DNA of 64,000 nt from Lama guanicoe (Eukaryota): the NCBI GenBank assembly GCA_013239625.1, contig MU054187.1:7017757-7081756 (forward strand). The letters run 5' to 3'. The translations under genes and the position numbers were made by a program. Under the pieces are notes generated by a model, which was not told where the DNA came from, searched no databases, and saw only the letters and a list, made by a program, of their open reading frames with translations. Shown here piece by piece: positions 49,410 to 62,534 of the stretch (position 1 is the stretch's first letter; each line of letters opens with the position of its first letter).

Positions 49410-50637
49410 GGGCCATGTTACGGATGGACCTCATACGGCCAAATGCCATAGTCGGTTTTCAGTCTTCTCGCTTGACATTTTCTTGGTGTTTGACCCTTTG
49501 ACCCACCCTCCTTCTCCGTGTGTTTTCCTTCTGCAACACCAGCTGCTCCTTCTCAATGTCCTTCACTGGGATTCCGCCTGCCTTGTTTGCCATATAAATG
49601 GCAGGGCTTCAAGGTCTCTGTCCAGTTTCTGTCCTTGTCTCACCTCTCCTGATGGGACACGCGGAACTTGCCAGGTGTATACTTGCTGTTCAGAAACCTC
49701 CAGCACAAACTTTAGAGTGTCCTTTCTGCCTTTGTTCTGGCTTCCCGCACGCATCGCAGCCTCTGTGTCTCCCCTCTTGCTCTCCGCAGGCCCTGAAATA
49801 TCACTTCCTCTTCTTCTTGGTTTTAGTCAATAAACAATCCCTCATTCATAACTTCATTCAAGAGGCGTTTCTTTCAGGGCGCTTTCCTGCAGTCTAATTT
49901 GTGTGACTCGCCTCTGGGGTTTCTGGTCCCTTAACCCACTGTTTATAGTGCCTATTTCACTATATTTAGTCATTGATTCAGTGACCAATGGCTCTCTCAA
50001 TCTCCCCAAGCCCACTGTAACCGCCCCCCAGGTGAGCCCCACCCAGATCACTGAAAAAGTCTTCTTTTTACTCTCCTGGTGTCCTGCTGACTGTTCTCCA
50101 AGCTGCGCTTTACGCTGCAGTGGAAGGATCTTTTCCAGACAAAAACAGTATGATGGCTGTTCTCTGCTTTAAAACTTTTCAAGGATTTCCTGTTATTCTC
50201 AAGAGACGGACAAAGGTCCTTGCACTTCATCCAAAGCCCTGCAGGGCAACTCTCTCTTCATCTCTGATGCACATTTTCCTCCCTCTTGCTTCCTCCGCCC
50301 AAATCCCACTGGTCTTTCACCTATTCGGAAGGTCCAGCCCATCCTTTTCCTGCACAGAATCTCTAAGTGATCACGGCTCAAGACGCTCTTCCCTGGGGCA
50401 GCCTTTCCCAGTGTTCAGGTCTGTGTCCTCAGAGAGCCTTGCCCCACTCATGCATGGTGTTTGTGTTTATTTATGACCATGGGGTTGTTTTTGTGGTTCT
50501 TTCGTTAATATCCCTTTCGTCGTCTAAATGGTCATCTCCCTTGCTCATGGTTGGAGTCCAGCATCTTGCATGGTGCCTGGCATGGAGTGGATGCTCAACA
50601 GACAGAATTCTCTCAGCCAAAATGAATGAGTGAATGA
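49410..50637 (+). mobile_element. L2 LINE, long degenerate 3' portion
   Basis: 'gacctcatacggccaaatgccatagtcggttttcagtcttc', 'ctctgctttaaaacttttcaaggatttcctgtt', terminal 'catggtgcctggcatggagtggatgctcaac...aatgaatgagtgaatga'. Confidence 0.75.
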
Positions 50638-53069
50638 CTTTCATTTCATACCATGAAGTTCCGGAGAACTGAGATAATGCTGACTTGATATGATGTTCCC
50701 AGGACTTTGAAAAGTTCTTGTCTATGGAAGCTACTAAAATAATCGACGGATGTTTGATTTAATAAATGAACTATTGTGGTGACTGTCCAGCTAATGAATC
50801 TGTAGCCATCGACAGGAGAGTTTAGGTGGGTAAGGCGTGTACTGCCAGCCAGTCCCCGATACTCCCAACTAGCTCCTCTCTCTAATGCTCTGAACTCATT
50901 TCTTTTACCTCAGTTTTCTCTTTTAAATATTTAACGAAAACCTGGAAACATGTTCTCATTTCTGCCTCCTAGGATCAGGCCAAGGAAACAGAACCTTTCC
51001 GATATGTGACCATGTTTTCCCCAGCTTTAAGGGATTTGGAGTTTTAGATCCCCCTGACTTCTTTCCCAGGTTTATAGTTGGTTCTGTTTCAGGTTGATAT
51101 TCATTTCTGTTTTTCAATCCTCCAAACTGCCTCCCTTGATCTCAAATTCCAGTCTTAATACTTACTAATCTTTTCATCTAGAAGCTACATTGGGGAAATA
51201 GACACCTCGTGGGACTCCCACAGACACAGGTCCTAAAGGGCAGTGTCCACAGCACAGTTACTGATGCTGGAAATCTTCTTCATGTGCAGGGAACAAACTG
51301 AGTGTTAGTCACACTGTTTGTATCTGAGCTGCTGTTGCTGCAGATGAAACCGTGCCTCTCAGCTGGGGTGTCTATTTGTATAACCTCATGCTTAAGCGCA
51401 GGTAAATCCTGCGTTTCAGCCTCATCTTGGCTTTCCTTCCTGATCAAGAAAACTTTTATTTATCATGTTTCTCATTTTCTCCGAACAGATGGTACATTAC
51501 CAGCAAGTGACAAATAACTAGCTTCACAACAAGTATTTAGAAACAAATATATTTTAACCACACCAAAAAAAATATGGCAGCAGGATATATGGGAAACTCA
51601 CTAAGTAAATGAGTTTATCACACTATTTGCTTTCCTACTGGCGTCGTTAAGTCCATTTTTGAAAAGAATAATAATATAAGATGTCAAAGGAAACTGAATT
51701 GGACAACTCAGCATCAAGTACATTACTGGGAAAAATAAATAATCTTCTCTTATCAAAGCATTCACGTTCCTAGAAGACAGAAGCCCTGTGTAGTTTCATG
51801 TGTATAAATAGTAGTAATGCATTATGATAAATGGATGCTTCATACCTTGCTAGGAAAAAAATTACTAAAGCCATTTACTCCAATGAAATGTGATGCGGGT
51901 TCAGGCAACGCATTTTCAAAGCCGCATTCTGTCTCATCAGCTCTGGTTCAGCATCCAGCTCTTCACTCAGGTTTTCTAGAGGCAAGGCACGGGCATAGTT
52001 GTGACCCTGAAACAGCACTGCACATCCATTTGTATTTCTGGATTCTGAATTTTCAAGTATTGCTTTCCTAAACCAAATATCCCTATTGGAATATAGCGCA
52101 TGCTGCACCTAGGTCTCCCTCTATTTCGTCTGAAATTGGTGTTTGCCACTTAGTGAGGATGTGTAGAGTTGGGTCTGCTCCGTTGGGTTAAGAGTAGATT
52201 AGATTACACCCCAGTTCACAGATTTACTAATCATAGCAGCTTAGTTTCTTTTTACATACAGTGTCCTTAAATTGGATCCTTGACTGGGAATATGCCACTA
52301 CAATATTGTTTTTGTCTGTGCCTGTTCTCAAGAAAACAACATTATGCTACATTTAAAGAAAACGCAACTGTGCCAAAGGGTCATTCTGACTCTTAACATT
52401 TTCTTTCTGTTCAACACTTTTTAACATCTGTGCAAGCACCAGATGCACCTCTAATATATCTCTAAGTTCCATAACATAACCTTGCACATTTTACTTCCCT
52501 CTCCTACATTTCTGCTGTTTCTTTCATGTCACCAACAGCACTGTAGTGAGCATTCACAGCGTATCCCCTTTTGTCAAGATGCACTCATCAACCATTGTCC
52601 AGAACAAGCACCTACCTGCAGAGGGGCAGGAAGTTTAAGAATGAGGTGTGGGCAGGCACTCAGAGTTTCCACCACACAGGGCGTATGACCAGAAAAGTAA
52701 AAACAAATACTCCAGCATTAGCATCTTGGGATGTATAACGCCTTGTTCTCTCCGGATCATGGATTTTAAGTTTTCCTGAGATGCTGTGGTCAACAGTTTG
52801 TTTACAGTGGGTCTATTTTTAATATTTGCTTTTCAGAATTTCATTACGAAGGAGAACTAGCTAGGAGAAACATATCCTCGTCTACATCTATACCTCTGTC
52901 TACATCAATATCTGTATCTTCCACTTCAAATGGCATGGAAATCACAGCAGGAGCTCACCTGCCTGGTCATATTTAGCCAAATGAGCTGACTGTGTGAGCA
53001 GACAGGGAAGACTCAGATACAGCTCCGCACCTGCTGCTGCCCAGTTGATTTCATCACTGGAACAGATTA

Positions 53070-53235
53070 ATGTTTGACTTTGCACTGTTTAGGTAACCTC
53101 TGTGTATCAGTTTCCTCGTTGCAAAGTATCAGCAGCATTAGTGCCTACCTCCCCCAGTGTTGGGGGGTTCAATGAGATAGTGTGTGTGACGTGTTGGGCA
53201 CAGTTTCTGGCACACAGTTAATGCTCGCTAAGTGA
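53070..53235 (+). mobile_element. MIR SINE
   Basis: 'aacctctgtgtatcagtttcctc...tagtgcctacctc...ttcaatgagatagtgtgtgtga...cacagtttctggcacacagttaatgctc'. Confidence 0.8.
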
Positions 53236-54477
53236 TGCTGGGCACTAAAGATACACGATTTCATTGTGTATGAAACATTTGGTTTTACCTTTTGGCATCA
53301 AGAACATCAGGCATCAAAAGATTAACAATTGTTTTTCTAAAAACACAGTAAAAATCACTCTTTTAAACATGACTCTTTCAACTTAAGAGACTTTAAAATA
53401 CTTTGTGTACTTGAGTTGTCCCTAGATGTCCGCCTACATTACCACAGCTGTTGCTAAAATGCAGCACAAAGAAGCAAATCTTTTTGTGACCTGGATTCTA
53501 GTGCAGTTTTCTGCTACGGAGCTACAGGATTTAGACGTGACATCAATGCATGGGTCCCAGCTTTGTCAGTTCTGCCGTGGAGGGATTTACCAGGCAATCT
53601 CTCAGACTCCTTTTAGCATTCCAGTCCTAATACTGGACAGCGTCAGCAATGGGGATGGTGGATGTGTTTTCTCTAAAAGTAAAAAGAAACACCCCACAAC
53701 GTTTCATGTAGACCTTTGCACCAAGACTCAGGACACACAAGAGAAGTTGGGGATGGTCCCTGCCTTCAGGTGGTCTCGAATATTAGTATGATTGAATTCC
53801 TGGCAGTGTTAGCATATTAAAAGTAAATAAAATAACAAAAGTTGGTGTTTCAAAACGTCAAGGAAAAGTTGAAGCAGAAAGTTGACTTGCTAAAATTCTC
53901 ATGATGATTCATTAAAAGATCTGGAAGCAGATATCTCATGTCTTCTGCTTTTAGCCTCCTGAGAGTTTCTCTGTCAGAACAGGCCAGATTCACTTTCCTG
54001 CCCCTTCAAATGGTGCTGTCATGAGTACACATCACATCAAAGGAAAGCTGCTGGTCACTACACGTTTGCTTTCTTAGGAGATCAGTATCCGTGAGAACGT
54101 ATGCAATATTCATGCCCATGGTGCACACATAGCATGTTCTTTTGGTATCATTAGGAGACACTGGAAAGGGGTTCCAAGAGGAAATAAAAGGCAGCTTTTA
54201 ACTTAAGATGCTAGAAGTGAACACCGTTTCCTCCAAACCCACCCTCTGTGGGCACCTCTGCACGGTTATCGCTCCTCCTGGACAGAGCTAGGTCTGGTGA
54301 CGGGCCCCTTCTCAGCTCGAATCCAGGCAGGAATACTTCAAAAAATCATTTCCAAGTTATAGGGCTGCCAATATTTTCAGAACCAGTTGCATTCAAAATA
54401 GCTTCCTAAATTTTCAAATTGCCAAGACCTCTTAGTCTATGAATTTGGCCTTCGAGTACAAGCCTCCAGCCTGTCCT

Positions 54478-54745
54478 TGCGCACACACCTCACACCACGT
54501 GTGACGCAGCACCGCCCCTGCGCTGGGCTGTCCGAGGCCAGCCCGGACCAGCCAATGACTGAGGACGCATAACCCTCCTTTTTCAGTCTTTCCCCTTTTT
54601 GTACGGACTCCCACTTCACATCTATCATGTGCAAAATCGGAAACAAAACGAACAGAAGCAAAAAACCTTACAGCAAACTTGTTTGTGTTCCTTACATGTC
54701 CCGGTGCCTTAGCCTGGCACCTGGCCGGGATGCTGAGGCCACGTG
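54478..54745. promoter_or_regulatory. Candidate promoter/enhancer motif cluster
   Basis: CACGTG 54496-54501, TGACG 54502-54506, CCGCCC 54512-54517, AGCCAATGA 54550-54558, second CACGTG 54740-54745; locally CpG-rich. Confidence 0.4.
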
Positions 54746-54949
54746 GACGACCGTAAATCCTCCCCCTTTGGCTGCTTCTCCTCGTGACTTTGTGCCACAA
54801 CATTTAAAATCCTGCTGTTCTGACTTCCTTCCTTTCCTCTCTCAATCTTTTAATCCTGTGTCAGATTTATGATGCTTATGGGAGGAAATACAATAAGAGA
54901 TAGAACTCCCATCAAGGGATTCTTTCCAGGATTGTGATCGGTTACATAA

Positions 54950-55672
54950 AAAATAGTTCAAAAAAAAGTAAAATGGATTTTGATAATACATATTTTTTAA
55001 CCCACATTCTTAGTCAGCTCGGGCTACCATAACAAAATACCACCTGCTGGGGGCTTAAACAGCAGACATTTATTTCTTATAGTTCTGGAGGCCGGAAGTC
55101 CGAGATCAGGGTGCCACTGGGTTGGGTCCTGGTGGGAACTCCACCCCCATCACCTATCAGCCTCTGAAAGGCCCCAAATACTGTCACATTGGGGATTAGG
55201 ACTTCAACAATAAAGTAATCATAATCATAATCATAATCATAATAATCATAGTAATTTTTTGGTGGGGACACATATACTTAGTCCACAGTATCCAGTATAT
55301 CCAAAATATTATAATTCCAACATGCAATCAATATAAAAATATTAATGAAATGCTTAAAAAATTTTTTTTATTTAAAAATTTCAGAGTCATCTCTGTGTTA
55401 TAGACTAGAAGAGATCTCAAAGCAGGTGCTAAATTTTCATCAGCAATACTTGAACATTATTTGTATGTCATAAAATTTACATTTGCAAAAGTAGATTCAC
55501 AAACCCAAGTTGTTCCAAACATACTTAAAGTCTCCCAAACATTGTAGCAAGTATGTCTTAAATCTAAAGTTAAATCAAGTAAAATTAAATACAATTAAAA
55601 ATTCAACCTCTCAGTCACACTGGCCACATTTCCAGTACACATGTGGCTAGTGGCTACCATTTTGGGCAACTC
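54950..55672. mobile_element. Charlie5/MER33-like hAT-Charlie element, split by an MLT1A-like LTR
   Basis: 'tattttttaaccca' resumes as 'tatatccaaaatattataattccaacatgcaatcaatataaaaa'; 'aaagtagattcacaaacccaagttgttccaaacatacttaaa'; terminal 'cacatgtggctagtggctaccattttgg'. Confidence 0.8.
55006..55290 (-). mobile_element. MLT1A-like MaLR LTR, internally deleted, carrying an (ATCATA)n expansion at 55216-55250
   Basis: 'tcttagtcagctcgggctaccataacaaaataccac...cagacatttatttcttatagttctggaggccggaagtccgagatcagggtgcc'...'ccaaatactgtcacattggggattaggacttcaaca'...'ggggacaca...agtcca'. Confidence 0.85.
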
Positions 55673-57669
55673 AGAGACTGACTGTTTTATTCGAATCTGG
55701 TTAGATTTTACTGGTAAATAATATTTAAGTCTGGACTTACGGGCTCAGAAAAAATAGAGATAACTTTGAGAAACAAGTGAATGTCACAAAACTATTTTAA
55801 TCTTTTAAAAGTTTTGGGGAAATACAGTCCTCAAGGCAGGAGCTGATTTCCATTTGTGAGGAAAGAGTGGGTGACATAAAAATCGTTAGAGAGGTGGTTC
55901 TCCATCTCACACGAAAACCAGGCACGATGAATAGACTTCAGCTCTAAAGGGAGAGACTGTTTGACAGTAAGAAAGGCGTTCTCTCTATTCAGACTAGGAC
56001 GCCGTGAGAGCTCAGTCCCTGGAGCTCAAGAAAATTAGGACGGATGTTCTCCTGTCTGCGATGATTTAGTTGCAGGCTTCCTGAAGGACCGAGGGACTGT
56101 TCGCTCAAGGTCTCGCCCTGCTCTGATTCCGCAATGGTGAGCTAGCCCGTGGGTGGAGAGGCCACACGCCAGCTGTTTTTAAATGTTGATTTTGGAAGAA
56201 CAATGAATCTTTGTGATTACGTGACTGGTTCTATAGAGTTTTCTAACATTTTTTTCTTGCCTGGGAGTGTGTTGATAATTGAGCAAGTGCTTAGCTGTGG
56301 AAGCAGTGGAGGAATCCTTGTATGGGCATGAGTGTGAGCATGGTGAGTGGGCAGTAAATCCTGTGTGTGTCTCTGAGGGGCACATGTACATCCTACTAAA
56401 AAGTGGCCTGCAGAAGACTGCTGAGGCCGAGGACACGGCCGTGCTGAATTAAACGCACAGAGCCAGGCCGTTGACCCCACTTGCAAACATCTTGAGTTGC
56501 TTTCACTGATAGCAGGGCAGCTGAACGATGGACAAAAAGAGCATCCTGGATCTGGACCCAGATTGCAGCATGTGATTCTCCACAACATCAGTTCCAATTT
56601 AGTTCAGAAGACTCATCAATGGAGAGTACTCAGGGGTTGTCAATTCAAGAAAGAATGATTCAAGAAACTGGAAAGCATCTCCAGCTGATGTCATCAAAAT
56701 CTTTATTCCTAAATAAGAGTTAGTTAGGGTTTTCCCTAAATCACTTTATTTCCTGGTCTGGGGAAGTCTGAATTCTTAAATGCTATCATTGCTGTTAAAA
56801 CATTTTGAATGTGTGACGTAGACGTTCTCAGTGTTTTGGTTGAGATTAGGCTTGTGTTCCCTGGACTGGACAGTTGGTAGGAGGCGGTGGTGGCAATGAC
56901 ATTCACGTTGCATGGCTACCCTCGTCCTTTCATGGGGCTGAGAGTGAATAGGAAGCAAAGAGCTTAAAAGGGCAGCAAGCTAGGATTTTTTCTGAGCTCA
57001 GGTCTCTTCATATTTGTACATGAAACATGCACTCATCTAAGACCCTATCTGGTGAGAGAGGCCCGGGGATCGCTGGTCCTTGGACCACAACAGCACAGTG
57101 ACCACGTTTCTCAGTACCGACCACATTCCTCCACATCCATTAGACACTGAAACAGATACCAAGTGTCAAGTTAGTTCAGTGAGAAGGGAACAGCTAGGCA
57201 AACTGGGGAGAGAGCGTAATTAAATAACTCACCGGTACTGACTGTTGTATACCAGAAATCAAAATGTTTAGGACTGGGAGATACTTTCCTGATACAGGAA
57301 AGGAACATGTGAAGGTCCACGCTCTAGGTGTGCACAGCATTCCGGTGAGGTCTCTGGGTTAAGACAAAGGCACCAGGGTTCTGAACGTCGGCAGAGGGTA
57401 AGGAAGCACCCGTCCTTTGTCTCCCACGCGTGCAGGTAGGGTCAGCTGCACTTTGGGGCGTCAGTGGGGCAAGGACACAGCGAAGCAGTGAGCTCTCACA
57501 GGGTGCCAGTCGTGGCATGCCAGGACTTCAAGCCTCATAGAGAGGGGGATGAGTTAGAGATCCAGCTGGTGAGCCAGCTTTATCGTTTTATAGTCCGTCA
57601 TTTTATAGAGCTTTAGCATAGCCACAGGAGTTTCTCCTGTACAGCTTTGGTCCTCTAGGATGACAATCT

Positions 57670-57900
57670 GGCCTTAAAGTAACAATAGTTGCTTTCACAT
57701 AATACTTCCTGTAACACAGAGCTGGCGATAAGACTTTTTATGTCAATGACATTGATAAATCCACTACTCTAGAAAGATTGCCATGTATGTATATAAAAAA
57801 AACAAGGATCGATGAACAGGTGAAGTATTAAGATCATCACATAGAACTCCTCAAAAATCTAGCTAATATGTCTTGACCAAGAGTTTAAGCCAAGACTCAG
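57670..57900 (-). mobile_element. MIR SINE (degenerate)
   Basis: 'taacaatagttgctttcacataatacttcctg...taagactttt...aaatccac...ctagctaat...agagtttaagccaag'. Confidence 0.45.
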
Positions 57901-59209
57901 TTGGTTTCAAGAATGACAGACGTGCTTCATCTCTGGTTTGCCTTAAGACCCACGTTGTCATTTCCAAAGTTTTCCACTGCAGAGATTTATGCTGGCGTTG
58001 GATCTAATTATGAATTAGTGATTGATTCATTTAGGGAATAACTCAACCAAATGGCAGTGGGTTGAAAAATGAGCAGGCCCTAGAGGGACACATGGGCAGA
58101 GATAACTAATTCTGTCTGCTGATGGGAATCTGCACAGGTCATTCAGAAAACAGCCCTGAATGGAACGAATTATTCATCTTCCATCCACAGTGAGTGACTT
58201 CCTCAGCCTTGCTCTGCTGACATCAATTAACCCGCGTGGCATTCTTCAATTATTTGAAATCTCCAGGCACGCCCCATCCTTCTAAGGTCACTATCCAGAA
58301 CTTTTCAAATTTGTTTTGCTTTCTTGGCAAAGGTTTTAAACTGAACAGTTGTGCTGTGTTCCTCACTCTTTATTCTAAAGAGTGCTCTGTCCACCCGCGG
58401 TGCAGGCTACTTGTTTACTCTCATTACCAGCGTTATCTTGAGATTTTATAAAATGAATACAGGCCTTCAGAGAATTGTTGGGACTCTCTGGTTTAATAGC
58501 TGCCTTTGTTTGTTGATGTAAAGGGTTGTGTTAAAGATGTATTCATTGCAAATAAGGATTGATGTTACTGCAGGGTCCATCAGAAAGAGCCCATATAGAA
58601 ACATCTACTGCTCTGTCACCTCATCCTACTGTGGTGGGGGGGAGGGAGGGTGTGCAGAGACCCTCAAAGAACAAACGACTTCATATGAATGCCTTCGATT
58701 CGTGACAACTGTTTAATTCCTGCTGCGTGCCATCAGCTATGCTGAGATTAGCCTTAATGGGGGGCTGGATACCAAGAATCCTGCCACAGAACCGCCTAAG
58801 GAGAACTGATTACATTTTTTCAAATACTTACTCAGGGATGCATACTTAAGAGTGAATTGTAACCTTTTCAAAAGTGACATTTCAAGAGAAACAAATATTG
58901 AGTCGTGGGAGGAGGTGGCGTGGGGAGAAGAGGCGATTTCCCAGCCAGAGGAGAGGATGACGTCAGAAGGAGCCCTTGCTCCCGGTAAACCTGCGCAGGC
59001 ATCCCACGGGGTGATGGCCTTTTTCTCTTCCATTTCATACACCTGCCTCTTGTGCCTCTTTGGAATGGGGTAGGATTTGGTGCTAATCAGAGGAATTTAT
59101 AGCAAAAGTTTCATTGGAAGAGTTCCTCTGTCTTTGACCCTATAAATAATTGAAAGTTATATTTAATTTATCTTCCAGTTTAAAAGGAAAGTTGCACAAA
59201 GATGCCTGC

Positions 59210-59490
59210 AGCATGATATCATTTATTTTCAATGTGTAAGACACAAAAACAGCGTTATATGATGTTTCCATATAGACGAATATATAGGAAAAATACAAAA
59301 ATACACACGGGAATGGTGGACACCAACTTCACATAGTTTTTACCTCTGGAGAGAACAGGGGAGGGCCTGTGAGTGAGGGGTTGGCTGTAACCATTATGCT
59401 TGTGCTTCAGAAAAAAAAAAATCTGGTACAAATACAGCAGTGAGTAAATTATATGTATATATTGGAAATAATTCAGAATTTAAATGAAAA
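59210..59490 (+). mobile_element. L1ME4-like 3' fragment
   Basis: 'cacgggaatggtggacaccaacttcacatagtttttacctctggaga', 'aaaatctggtacaaatacagca'. Confidence 0.55.
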
Positions 59491-61399
59491 TAGAGAAAAC
59501 AAGGTGAGATCACTGAGAGGTTGATAACTTTTCTCCAAATATTTAGATTTGGTTGTTATCAGATAGTCTCATGAAGATTCGCTCATCTATATAAAGCTTC
59601 TGAAGGAATTAAAATCTACGGTAAAACCTTTGTAGGTGGTTAATCCAAGATTGTTGCTATTGATCTAAAGTTTCAAAAATCTGAGTTAAGTATTTGATAG
59701 AACCACAGTTTTATGGTCCTGTCTGTGAATTCGGGCATAGCAAGGAGATCTGACTCTTGCCTGACATTGGGCAAAGGCCAACTGGTTATGGTAATGAGTG
59801 AAATGTATGTGTCTCAGGTTAAACTTTGGGAGGGGAAGCAAACAGCAGTTCACATTACATAACCGGGGATTCTAACAGATCACAAGTTACAAAGAGGGTC
59901 TTAAAGGACATAACATACCCCAGTTTAGTGGTGGTTTCTGGGGCCATGCCTCAGCTGGAGGACTGCGCCTAGCACGTGCGGTGAGAGACGTCGATCGTTT
60001 AGCGAGATCAGAAGGGGCAACCTGCAGGATGAAAGGCCTGCGAAGGATGGATGGGGTGAGAGGAAGACTGAAGGAGTAAGAGTGAGTGGGATAGGGAAGG
60101 ATTAGGAGGGACACGAGCAACAATAAGATAATGCAACGTACAGTGCAAATTTAAACATGAGACAGATCGCTCCCAAGGACAGAATGAGGGCGAGATCCTT
60201 GGGTTCAACCGCAGAACCAGAGTTCAACTCAAAGACTCAAATTAGAGTGGGCCCCTATGGCAAATTTCCAGTCATAGCAAGACGTGGGCTTTTCCTTAAT
60301 CACGAGTATTTTGGAGTAGAATTCTATCATGGAGAAGAGGATGAACTGAATTTTCTCTGAATATTATATACCTATTTACATAGAGGGCAATATTTTAAAT
60401 AATAGGTTGCTTGATTGCTTCTTATACTTGAAATATGCTTCCTAAGAAACCAGGTCCATTTTTAGGATATTTAAGTAGGAGTGCTTGGCATTATAAGAAA
60501 TCTCCAAACCTTACTTGATGGAGAAAACAAAAATGCCATGATCCCATTAAATATAAAACCAGGGAACGCTGGATCTGAAATGAACGTCATTTTAGAAAGG
60601 AGAAGAAAGGGCTCAGAGAGTTTTCAGCCCTTCCCAAGGCTTTATGGTTAGGAGTGGGCAAAGCAGTATCCCGTGGTGACCACTCCATGGTTCTCTGCAC
60701 GCACTTGGTTCATGCTTAGCCCACGGGAATCTGCAATTTAACAACAGCAGCAGTGATGAAGCCACCCTCCTGCATCCACCCACCACCCACGCCATCCCCG
60801 CCACGCACCTGTTAGACGGCGCAGCGTCAGGGGTCCTGCTTCTGCATCCAGCGTCAGTCCCCAGTTGTCCCTCCACCCACACTGCAGCTTCTCCATGTTT
60901 ATACCAGTGTCTCTAAGAGATAAACCTCTATCTTTCTTCTGGTCCCCAGTCTGGAATCCCAGTATGGTCTCCAAACCAGAGAGACAGAAACTCACGACTG
61001 GGTACATGATAGTTCTGTCCAGTCAGCCTCCCATCCTGGGCTAAGGTGAAGGCCAAAACCTCCCATGTCAGTTTTAGCCAAATGACTCAGAGGTCAAATG
61101 ACTGGACCATAGATAGGAGTTAATGCAATGGAGTGGTCAGATCCACTTTACTGAGCATGGCCATGAGGTTTACTGGTTCTTCTATTATTGAAAATGAAAA
61201 AGTAAGTTATCTTACTTACAGTCAAAGGGCTGACATATGTTAACTCACCGTTAACTGCAGTTCAGGGCCATTCAAACCTTCCCCCTCCATAACAACAGCA
61301 AACCAGGAACCATATCTTTACAAAACAATAATGGGGTTAGAGCACCCCATTTGAAACAGCAAGCAACCTAAGGTTTCTGAATTTGTGACTGTTCTGAGT

Positions 61400-61625
61400 T
61401 TCAGGATACACAATGCCTTTATGATGAGCAGATCATTTACTATATATTTGGGAGTTAGCTCACTGGCCCTCAGTTTTCTTCCCTATATTTCAGACGGGAT
61501 GGATATTTGCTCTGTAGTAAATGCTATGGACAGGTTGAGAACACATGCTTTAGAAAATATATTGGTATGTGTACCTCTCCAGCCCAGTCAGGACCCGGTA
61601 ATAAACATTAATCAGAAGTGTTCAC
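61400..61625 (+). mobile_element. MIR SINE (degenerate)
   Basis: 'catttactatatatttgggagttagctcactggccctcagttttcttccctatattt...cccagtcaggacccggtaataaacattaat'. Confidence 0.5.
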
Positions 61626-62139
61626 GCTTTATGTATAAAACTGCTTCAGAAATGTCAAGGGTATAATGAAGCCTCGGGATGCTTGCCAGCTCTGAGCTGT
61701 GACTTGACGGTATCAAGATGAACATGGTTGTTGATGAAGGATTTAATAAAAGGATTTTTGATGTTGCTGGTGTGTGTATTTTAGCAAGGAAAATATATCT
61801 ATCTGTGTGATTTTATATAAAAAAAGAAAACAATTGGGTGAAACCGAGTGAATTCTAAAGGGTAGATAAACCCTCCCTTTAATTCCCACACTTCCCGTCC
61901 GAGAGGCGATGGGACCGTGTCAGAGAGCGTGGGCCCTGGTCTACTGCTCCTGACAACGCTCCTTAGAGTAAAACCTTCTCTCTCAATATGGTACCTACAT
62001 ATATGCATATGTATACATATGAATAAATGTAGCACATCTATTTTGTGTATTTTTGTAGAATAAATGTAACATAAAAGGTTTCCGTGAGGACTTTGCACTG
62101 CCAGTGTTACTGCTACTGCAGTGGACTTCGTGGTTGCCG

Positions 62140-62495
62140 CCCCCGCGTCTGATCCATACCATCGTCTCCTCCGTGTAGCCGCCATGTTGTTCCAGTAATG
62201 TTGACATGGTGATCGGTCTCTGTCTCTCTGTCTCCCCCTCGCCCCCGGAAGCCCTCCGTCCTGAGAGCGGTAGACAGCCACCTGCGTTAGGGGGGCTCCT
62301 AACGCTTGGGCTCTGTGGGAAGAGGACTTGAGGGGTACCAAGTAACAGGCTCCTGGTGACCGCCTCAGCCAGTAGATAGCCACACTCATGAAGCCTGGTG
62401 GACATCATTTGTCCCTTTCGGGGCCAGCACATTGCACGTGGTCTACGCCAGTTTAAGTTGGCTTTCCTGTTATTTGCAACCAAAAGCTTCCTAGT
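62140..62495 (+). mobile_element. Old MaLR LTR (MLT1H/J/K-like), GC-enriched
   Basis: 3' end 'ggtctacgccagtttaagttggctttcctgttatttgcaaccaaaagcttccta' matches the MLT1 terminus; the 5' boundary is uncertain. Confidence 0.5.
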
Positions 62496-62534
62496 TTGCG
62501 TAGTAAGTATTCAGAACACTTCAGGAGGGAAGAG

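Noticed and set aside
61799..62483. 196-aa and 162-aa minus-strand ORFs with an AACATGGCGGC Kozak-like ATG
   Set aside because: Overlap a putative MLT1 LTR and low-complexity TA sequence; no recognisable product, polyA tail or TSD indicating a retrocopy.
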